From: Acidimicrobiales bacterium
GTDB taxonomy: Bacteria > Actinomycetota > Acidimicrobiia > Acidimicrobiales > Poriferisodalaceae
Direction: 5' to 3'
Assembly (NCBI GenBank): GCA_014239555.1
Contig: JAAZYR010000007.1
Span: forward strand, 3,141-67,140
DNA length: 64,000 bases
In this document: piece by piece, positions 57,803-64,000 of the stretch
Layout: every line of letters starts with the position of its first letter
How positions within the stretch are numbered: the first letter of the stretch is position 1
The notes under the pieces: generated by a model
The model's input: the letters and a program-made list of their open reading frames with translations, nothing else
What the model was told of the DNA's origin: nothing
Databases searched by the model: none
Translations under genes and position numbers: made by a program

Positions 57803-58930
57803 TCACCCTAAATAGAATTCGGTATGTTGCCCCAGCAAAGGTGCCGCGCTCATCGTCCACCAATCGCTATTGGTCCTAAACGGGGCACCGGGAACAGAGA
57901 CCGAAGAACCATCGGGCAATTGTGTCTCACTCCAGAACTCAGCCGCCTTGAGATGTGGGTCGTCAAGAAGCGCGCTGACGGTATTTACAGGAGTAATAGG
58001 GATGCCGCGCCGTTGACCTTCATGAAATAACGCTTGCCTGGTTTGCCCGGTAGTCAGTTCTTCTACCCAGGTGTCGATGAGCTCCTGGGTCTCCATCCGC
58101 ACTCCGAGATCTTCGAACACCTCTTCGGTAATGGTTTCGTTTCCGGTCGCCTCCGCTACCCATGCGGCCATTGCGGTCCAATGGCGAGGCAACAACACAA
58201 TGATGGAAACAAAACCGTCGCTGCACGGGTACAGCCCGAATGGTCTACCAAGGTCTCGCCTATTACCTGAGCGTTCTCGGTGCACCCGGTCATCAAGAAA
58301 AACTGGCACCCCGGTTTCTGGAGCAATAGCAAGGGCAGCCTCTTGAATCGAAATTTCGACCTGTTGCCCTTTGCCACTTGTGCGTTTGGCGCGCAACGCC
58401 AGGAGTGTTCCCACCAACGCGGAAGCTGCGGATGCGTGGAGTGCAAGTTGAACATGTCCTGCGGGAGCGACTGGAGCTCGGTCTCGGAAGCCGGTGGCAT
58501 ACAACACGCCAGAGGCCGCCCAAGCAACAAGGTTCGAGCTTTTCCAAGAACGCTTGGGTCCGGTTAGCCCGAAAGGCACGATACTGGTTCGAACCGTGGT
58601 GTCGGAAATGAGAGCCGTCTCTATTAGCGAGTCTTCCGGCAACCGATCTTCAAAAATCACGTCAGCGCTTGCCAGCAGCCGTGCGAGTGAATCTTTGTCA
58701 TCAGGTTCAATCACCACGCTTCGCGTGCCCATTGCGAGGTAACTCCACCAAAGACTGTCCTCGGGTGGAGCTATCGACTCGGCAAAGGGAGCTAAGTATC
58801 TAAGCGGCGAGCCATCAGGTGGTTCGAGTCGAATTACTTCAGCTCCTAACCCAGCAAACAGTCGCGTCGCATAAGCCCCTGCGAGACCTGTGGTGTCGAT
58901 CACTCGGAGACCGCTGTAAGGACCTGCCAT
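57803..58930 (-). CDS. Class III CoA-transferase family protein, lacks the conserved catalytic Asp
   Basis: LRVIDTTGLAGAYATRLFAGLGAEVIRLEPPDGS...GKGQQVEISIQEA. It closely resembles the N-module of the 26115..28535 fusion. Confidence 0.88.
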   Translation of the reverse strand: MAGPYSGLRVIDTTGLAGAYATRLFAGLGAEVIRLEPPDGSPLRYLAPFAESIAPPEDSLWWSYLAMGTRSVVIEPDDKDSLARLLASADVIFEDRLPEDSLIETALISDTTVRTSIVPFGLTGPKRSWKSSNLVAWAASGVLYATGFRDRAPVAPAGHVQLALHASAASALVGTLLALRAKRTSGKGQQVEISIQEAALAIAPETGVPVFLDDRVHRERSGNRRDLGRPFGLYPCSDGFVSIIVLLPRHWTAMAAWVAEATGNETITEEVFEDLGVRMETQELIDTWVEELTTGQTRQALFHEGQRRGIPITPVNTVSALLDDPHLKAAEFWSETQLPDGSSVSVPGAPFRTNSDWWTMSAAPLLGQHTEFYLG

Positions 58931-60261
58931 TAGAGATCCCTCGCGTCATCTGTACCGGGAACCAAGAGGTGAATCCAGTCGTCCCACGGTCGCGAGACAA
59001 GGGTTTCTGGTTCTGTTTGTTCGAATGCGGCCTTATCGCTTACCAGTTGAGATATTTCTTCATCAGACATGCCTACGACGTCTCTCAGCACTTCACGGGT
59101 GTGTTGGCCCAACGAGGGGCCAGCATCAGTCCACCGACCTGGTGTGTCCTTCAACGTCACGGCGCAGTCGCTGAATACATCTCTTCCCAGTCGAGCGTGA
59201 GGTGCCACCTGATACCAGTTCCGACTCATTGTGTGCGTGTCGTGGAGTAGGTCTTCATTGCTTGAGACGACATGGGCGGCGACCCCGATGTTTTGCAATC
59301 TGTGGGCAAGGTCATCTGCATCGAAATTAATCGTCCACGTGCCAATCTGGTCATCCAGGTCTTCTTGTTGGGACATACGAAATTCGGAATCGTCGAAACG
59401 ATCGTCTTCTAACCCCATCAACAAACTAAGAGCATTCCAACTTTGGTCGTCAGTTGCGCTGATAGCGATCCAACGTTCATGCCCGTCGCATGGATACACG
59501 CCCTGAGGGGCGCCCCACAGAGACCGATTTCCAATTCGGCTGTGAATGGTTCCGCTCAAGTCGTAGTCCATAACAAAGGGCCCAAGCAAAGCCAGCGTGG
59601 TTTCAAATTGGCTGACGTCGACATGTACTCCATCCCCAGTAAGTTCCCGATGTTCGAGGCCCGAAAGGGTCGCTATAGCTGCGTGAAGGGCGGACATGTA
59701 ATCAGGAGGAGCAACCGTAGCTATCCCCGCGGGAGGATCGGAAGCGTGACCAGTGAAGTCGTCAAACCCCACTAACGGTGCCTGGTTCGGTCCCCACGCC
59801 ACATAGGGGTAATACGGCATGGCAGGATCGCTTCCAAACCCAGGTAACTGCACGTAAATAATCTTTGGATTGACGGCAGCAACCGACTGGTAGTCGAGCC
59901 CAACGTCGCTAAGCGCTCGTGCACCAAAATTAGCTAAAAACACATCACATTCCGCGACGAGAGCCAAAGCGGCATTTCTTCCCCCGGTTGTCTTCAATTC
60001 AAGACCTACGCTTCGTTTTGATGCATTCATCTCAGGCACATATGGGCTCGTATCAGGAGCAGCAGCTGCCAGGTCGTCGCGATCTTTTAACCAAGCCGAT
60101 CCAAGCATTCGCACTACATCAGGACTTAGCTGTGATTCGATTTTTAGTACGTCGGCACCGAAGTGAGCCATAAGCCGCCCACAAAACGGTGAAGCAATCG
60201 CTGTTCCGAGTTCGAAAACTCGGACACCCTCAAGCGGTAATTCAGTGGTGGTGTTCGTCAT
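58930..60261 (-). CDS. Class III CoA-transferase family protein, catalytic Asp present
   Basis: VRVFELGTAIASPFCGRLMAHFGADVLKIES...PPDYMSALHAAIATLSGLEHRELTGDGVHVDVSQFE. It resembles the C-module of the fusion. Its start overlaps the hyuAB stop (ATGA). Confidence 0.88.
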   Translation of the reverse strand: MTNTTTELPLEGVRVFELGTAIASPFCGRLMAHFGADVLKIESQLSPDVVRMLGSAWLKDRDDLAAAAPDTSPYVPEMNASKRSVGLELKTTGGRNAALALVAECDVFLANFGARALSDVGLDYQSVAAVNPKIIYVQLPGFGSDPAMPYYPYVAWGPNQAPLVGFDDFTGHASDPPAGIATVAPPDYMSALHAAIATLSGLEHRELTGDGVHVDVSQFETTLALLGPFVMDYDLSGTIHSRIGNRSLWGAPQGVYPCDGHERWIAISATDDQSWNALSLLMGLEDDRFDDSEFRMSQQEDLDDQIGTWTINFDADDLAHRLQNIGVAAHVVSSNEDLLHDTHTMSRNWYQVAPHARLGRDVFSDCAVTLKDTPGRWTDAGPSLGQHTREVLRDVVGMSDEEISQLVSDKAAFEQTEPETLVSRPWDDWIHLLVPGTDDARDL

Positions 60262-63200
60262 GAATAATCTTCTTTTCTCATGTCAGTGACGTAACCCAAG
60301 CGGCGATCGCGTTCTCGAGCTTGGCTGGTGCGCCGAGCGGGGTCACCTAGGCCTCCACCACCCGGAAATTCGACGATCAGGTGACGGCCCGAAGGAACAG
60401 TGGTGTTGCCTTTGGCTGCCACAGGTGATCCATCGTCGAGGGTCAATCGGCCCGTCATGCCATTTTCTCCGCCGTGCCGACCCCGAGCAGGATGTTTGAC
60501 CCTTTCGTAGGTCGCGCTGAAAACGAACTCGCCGTCGCCCCTGTGCGCCAATTCAACCACTTGTCCAAGGCCACCCCTAAATTCGCCATCGCCCCCTGAA
60601 TCCGGCCGAAATTCTTTCCGCCAAAAGACCAACGGTGACACAACTTCGTTGATTTCCACTGGCATGTTTCGCACACCGCTTGGAAACGCCGTCGCAGATA
60701 ATCCATCTTGACCCGGCCGCGCGCCGGCGCCACCCGAGTTGAAACTCATCATCATGAATGACTCCGAGCGACCATTTCCCCATTGTCCGCTAGCCAGCAG
60801 GTTCCACAAAGAACTGGTCCCCTCAGCTGGAACCTTCGTCGGTAGGACCTGTCCAAGGCAACCATAAACGGCGTCAGGCAGCATCTGTCCCATGACATGA
60901 CGAATGTTCACTGCCGCTGGTCGTGGGGCGTTCAAGATGCAACCGTTAGGTGCGCTAACCCGAATAACTTCTAAGGAACCCGCGTTATTGGGGATGTTGG
61001 GGCCAATAATGCAACGAACACCAAACGAGGTGTAAGCGACGGTATACGACATCGGAACGTTAATTCCATGGGGTTGCATTGGGCTAGTGCCGGCGAAGTC
61101 AACGGCGATGCCGTCCGAGTTGATCGTCAGTTTCGTTGCGATGTCGAGCGGCATGTCGACACCATCGACGCGCATGGTGGATTTCCAAGTTCCTTCGGGA
61201 AGCGCTCGAATCTCAACAAGCATGGCTTCTCGAGAGGTACGAATTATGTAGTCCCCTAAGTTTTCCAAGTCGTCAAGATCGTATTCCTCCATCATTTCGA
61301 GGAGACGAAGCGCACCTACACGGTTGCAGGCAGCTAACGAATGAATATCGCCCATAACTTGCACGCTGTCGCGCACGTTGGCTTCGATGACGGAAACAAC
61401 GTTGGGATCAAATACTTCATCAACTGCAAATCTCATTATCGGCAGTTGGAGGCCTTCGTGGAAAATCTCGCGTGACGCCGAGCTGAAGCCCACGCCACCG
61501 ATATCGACCACATGACTGGTGCATGCGAATAAAGCGACAACGTTTCCGCGGTGAAACACCGGAGTAACCACGACGACATCGAATAGGTGGCCGGTGCCTT
61601 TCCAGGGGTCATTGGTGAGGTAAATATCCCCAGGACGCATGGTCTGCGCCGGAAACACGTCAAGGAAATGTTGAACTGACGCCGCCATTGAATTCACATG
61701 ACCCGGGGTGCCCGTTATTGACTGCGCCAACATTCGACCCTGTGGATCGAAGACACCTGCTGACAAGTCACCAGCCTCCCGCGTCGACGTAGAGAACGCG
61801 GAACGAACGAGCGTTGTGGCCTGCTCTTGAACCACGGCGATCAAGCGGTTCCACATGATGTCTCGCTGAAGATCCTTGAGTTTGATAGAAGCTTTTTTGG
61901 CTGCATGCCGCGATTCTTCGCTTTGCCGACGCACCCGAAGGTGACCACTCTCAGTCAGCCAAGCGTCGTAGCCATTTGGAATCACTGTGGTGGTTTGATC
62001 CTCAACTATTAGGGCGGGGCCAACAACTCGGGCACCGCCGAGTTCGGTCCGCTCAACAACTGCGGCGGGCTCAACCGAACCTGTGGCGACGTCGGAAACC
62101 AAAACCGTGGGTAAATTCGTGACAGCTTGCTCCGGTCGTACGTCATTCTCAATTGGTCGTTCTTCCTGAACTGAAGTAACAGTGACTACCCAACTAAGAG
62201 CTTCGACTCCCAAACCGGTTATCTCCCGGCCGTAGAGGCGCCGGTACTCATCGACAAATGCCTCTTCGAACACTTTCCTCAAATGTGACGCGTCCGGACT
62301 GGGTGTTTGAAAAATTTCTCCTAAATCAAGATTTACGGTGATCTCGTGACCTTGCCCTCTGTAGCGCATGAAGGCCTTAGCGCTTTGAGAAAGTTCCGCA
62401 CCTTTGGCTGCACGCCGGACCACGTTCTCGGCTTCTTGGAGCATCTCTTTCAGCATCAGAGCAAGCTCATCGACGACAAGATCATCAAGCCGAATATGAC
62501 GGGTGCGAACATTCTCGTGGGCCGCGGGAGCGTGAAGGAAACCAATCGCTGATCCAACACCTGCACCGCTAGGTATCAGAACGTCCTCTATTCCGAGCTT
62601 TTCGGCGACGCGGACGGCGTGAAGTGGCGCTGCACCTCCAAAGGCAATGAGCGTGCCGTCGGTGATGTCGCAACCTTGTTCAATAGCGTGCACACGGCCT
62701 GCACTAGCCATGTTCTCGTCCACAATTTCAGCTATACCAAGTGAAGCTGTCTCTAGATCGAACCCTGCCTCGGTTACCAGAGAAGTTTCGATAACGGCCA
62801 AGGCGGCTTCCTTGGTAAAGGTGAGATCACCCCCAGCAAATCGATCTGGGATGATGCGACCCAACGCCACATCAGCATCCGTGACCGTGGGCGATAGCCC
62901 GCCCCTGCCGTAGCAAGCAGGCCCAGGCTCACTGCCAGCGCTTAACGGCCCAACGGCTATTCGACCGAGTTCGTCCAGGCGTGCAATGGAAGAGCCGCCA
63001 GCGCCGATCTCGACCATCTCGATGACAGGCAACCGAAGGGGTATACCGCTTCCGGCAAGAAAACGATATTCCCGCCCGACCTCGAACTCCCTGGATGTTC
63101 GCGGATGCCCTTCATTAATGATGCACAGTTTCGCCGTCGTGCCTCCCATGTCGAAGCTCAATGCCTTCTCAATCTGAAAGGCACGAGCGAGTTCGGCTGA

Positions 63201-63998
63201 TAGAAGAGCTCCCCCCGCTGGACCGCTTTCGATGAGCCGCACAGGGAACCGCAACGCGTCCTCCAGGGTTCCAAGTCCGCCGCCCGATTGCATCAGCAAC
63301 ATCGGGCACTGCATTCCGAGGGCTCGGCGGCGGTTTTCAAGATCTTGTAGATACTCGCTTACAAGGGGTTGAATGTACGCGTTGGCGCAAGCGGTTGAGA
63401 AACGTTCATATTCGCGAATCTCGGGACACACCTCGCTTGAAAGTGTCACCCTCGCTTCAGGCCATAACTGTTCGATGATGTCGCGTGTTCGAATCTCGTG
63501 ACCGGCATTGACATAACTGTGCAAATACCCGACAGCGACACTTTCAACTCCGTCGTTTTTTAAGTTTGAGAGTTCAGCCGCCAGAGTCTCTTCGTCTAAA
63601 TCCAATAACACGGCACCGGTGGCCGAAATCCGTTCCGGGATACCTCTTCGCCAGTTCCGGGGGACTAGAGGGTCAGGTCGGACCATTGCTAAGTCGTATT
63701 GTTCGAACCGGTTTTCGTGCGCCATTTCAATGGAGTCGCGCATTCCCCCCGTCGTGATGAGCGCAGTTTTGGCGCCCCGACGTTCGATCAACGCGTTGGT
63801 GGCGAGTGTTGTCCCGTGAACAAAAACATCGACATCGGACGCAGAAAGGGCGGCCTCCGTTAAGACGTGTTGGATTCCCTCCAGAACAGCCGTCGCGGGT
63901 TCTTGGGAGGTGGTCAGCAGCTTTTTTGTTATCAAGCCACCATTTGCCTCGAGAGCTATGTCGGTGAAAGTTCCGCCGATATCCACAGCAAGACGCAC
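60258..63998 (-). CDS. Fused hydantoinase A/B family ATP-dependent enzyme (5-oxoprolinase / N-methylhydantoinase / ketone carboxylase-like)
   Basis: N-terminal HyuA motif VDIGGTFTD. The C-terminal HyuB half has LTNDPWKGTGHLFDV. 1246 aa. The GTG start at 63998 is 2 nt from the window edge, so the true start could lie outside. Confidence 0.9.
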   Translation of the reverse strand: MRLAVDIGGTFTDIALEANGGLITKKLLTTSQEPATAVLEGIQHVLTEAALSASDVDVFVHGTTLATNALIERRGAKTALITTGGMRDSIEMAHENRFEQYDLAMVRPDPLVPRNWRRGIPERISATGAVLLDLDEETLAAELSNLKNDGVESVAVGYLHSYVNAGHEIRTRDIIEQLWPEARVTLSSEVCPEIREYERFSTACANAYIQPLVSEYLQDLENRRRALGMQCPMLLMQSGGGLGTLEDALRFPVRLIESGPAGGALLSAELARAFQIEKALSFDMGGTTAKLCIINEGHPRTSREFEVGREYRFLAGSGIPLRLPVIEMVEIGAGGSSIARLDELGRIAVGPLSAGSEPGPACYGRGGLSPTVTDADVALGRIIPDRFAGGDLTFTKEAALAVIETSLVTEAGFDLETASLGIAEIVDENMASAGRVHAIEQGCDITDGTLIAFGGAAPLHAVRVAEKLGIEDVLIPSGAGVGSAIGFLHAPAAHENVRTRHIRLDDLVVDELALMLKEMLQEAENVVRRAAKGAELSQSAKAFMRYRGQGHEITVNLDLGEIFQTPSPDASHLRKVFEEAFVDEYRRLYGREITGLGVEALSWVVTVTSVQEERPIENDVRPEQAVTNLPTVLVSDVATGSVEPAAVVERTELGGARVVGPALIVEDQTTTVIPNGYDAWLTESGHLRVRRQSEESRHAAKKASIKLKDLQRDIMWNRLIAVVQEQATTLVRSAFSTSTREAGDLSAGVFDPQGRMLAQSITGTPGHVNSMAASVQHFLDVFPAQTMRPGDIYLTNDPWKGTGHLFDVVVVTPVFHRGNVVALFACTSHVVDIGGVGFSSASREIFHEGLQLPIMRFAVDEVFDPNVVSVIEANVRDSVQVMGDIHSLAACNRVGALRLLEMMEEYDLDDLENLGDYIIRTSREAMLVEIRALPEGTWKSTMRVDGVDMPLDIATKLTINSDGIAVDFAGTSPMQPHGINVPMSYTVAYTSFGVRCIIGPNIPNNAGSLEVIRVSAPNGCILNAPRPAAVNIRHVMGQMLPDAVYGCLGQVLPTKVPAEGTSSLWNLLASGQWGNGRSESFMMMSFNSGGAGARPGQDGLSATAFPSGVRNMPVEINEVVSPLVFWRKEFRPDSGGDGEFRGGLGQVVELAHRGDGEFVFSATYERVKHPARGRHGGENGMTGRLTLDDGSPVAAKGNTTVPSGRHLIVEFPGGGGLGDPARRTSQARERDRRLGYVTDMRKEDYS

Positions 63999-64000
63999 AT

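Overview
The window is densely packed with about 50 protein-coding genes. Many neighbours overlap at start/stop codons or at convergent stops. I found no rRNA, tRNA, CRISPR array, transposase, integrase, phage gene or DNA-binding regulator. The content is almost entirely metabolic.

Gene content, in order:
- a sulfatase, an MttB-family methyltransferase and a cysD-cysNC-cysC block
- many oxygenases: a Baeyer-Villiger monooxygenase, a Rieske oxygenase, a carotenoid-cleavage oxygenase, a PhyH-type dioxygenase, a di-iron desaturase-like protein, FAD monooxygenases and a luciferase-like (LLM) enzyme
- four class III CoA-transferase modules, crotonases, a FadB-like protein and an acyl-CoA synthetase
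- an Opp/Dpp-type ABC importer
- icd followed by two carboxyltransferase paralogues
- ahcY-deoD, argG and ilvE
- a fused hydantoinase/oxoprolinase

The F420-associated families (DUF385, LLM), the monomeric IDH and the paralogue-rich, regulator-poor layout fit a streamlined marine Chloroflexota (SAR202-like) or Actinomycetota genome. That taxonomic guess is low confidence.

I do not see a coherent new multi-gene system of the defence or mobile kind. The most notable signals are:
1. A DsbA/FrnE-like gene has an in-frame TGA exactly at the first Cys of its CxxC motif. It is a selenocysteine candidate, or else a nonsense mutation or sequencing error.
2. A heteromeric class III CoA-transferase design appears twice. 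One module keeps the catalytic Asp and one lacks it. It occurs once as an 806-aa DddD-like tandem fusion and once as a translationally coupled gene pair behind a fused HyuA/HyuB ATPase.
3. There are two APS-kinase copies, and neither has a canonical DGDN loop.
4. An icd-carboxyltransferase-carboxyltransferase operon has no biotin components nearby.

All family calls rest on motifs read by eye from the translations. No searches were run.
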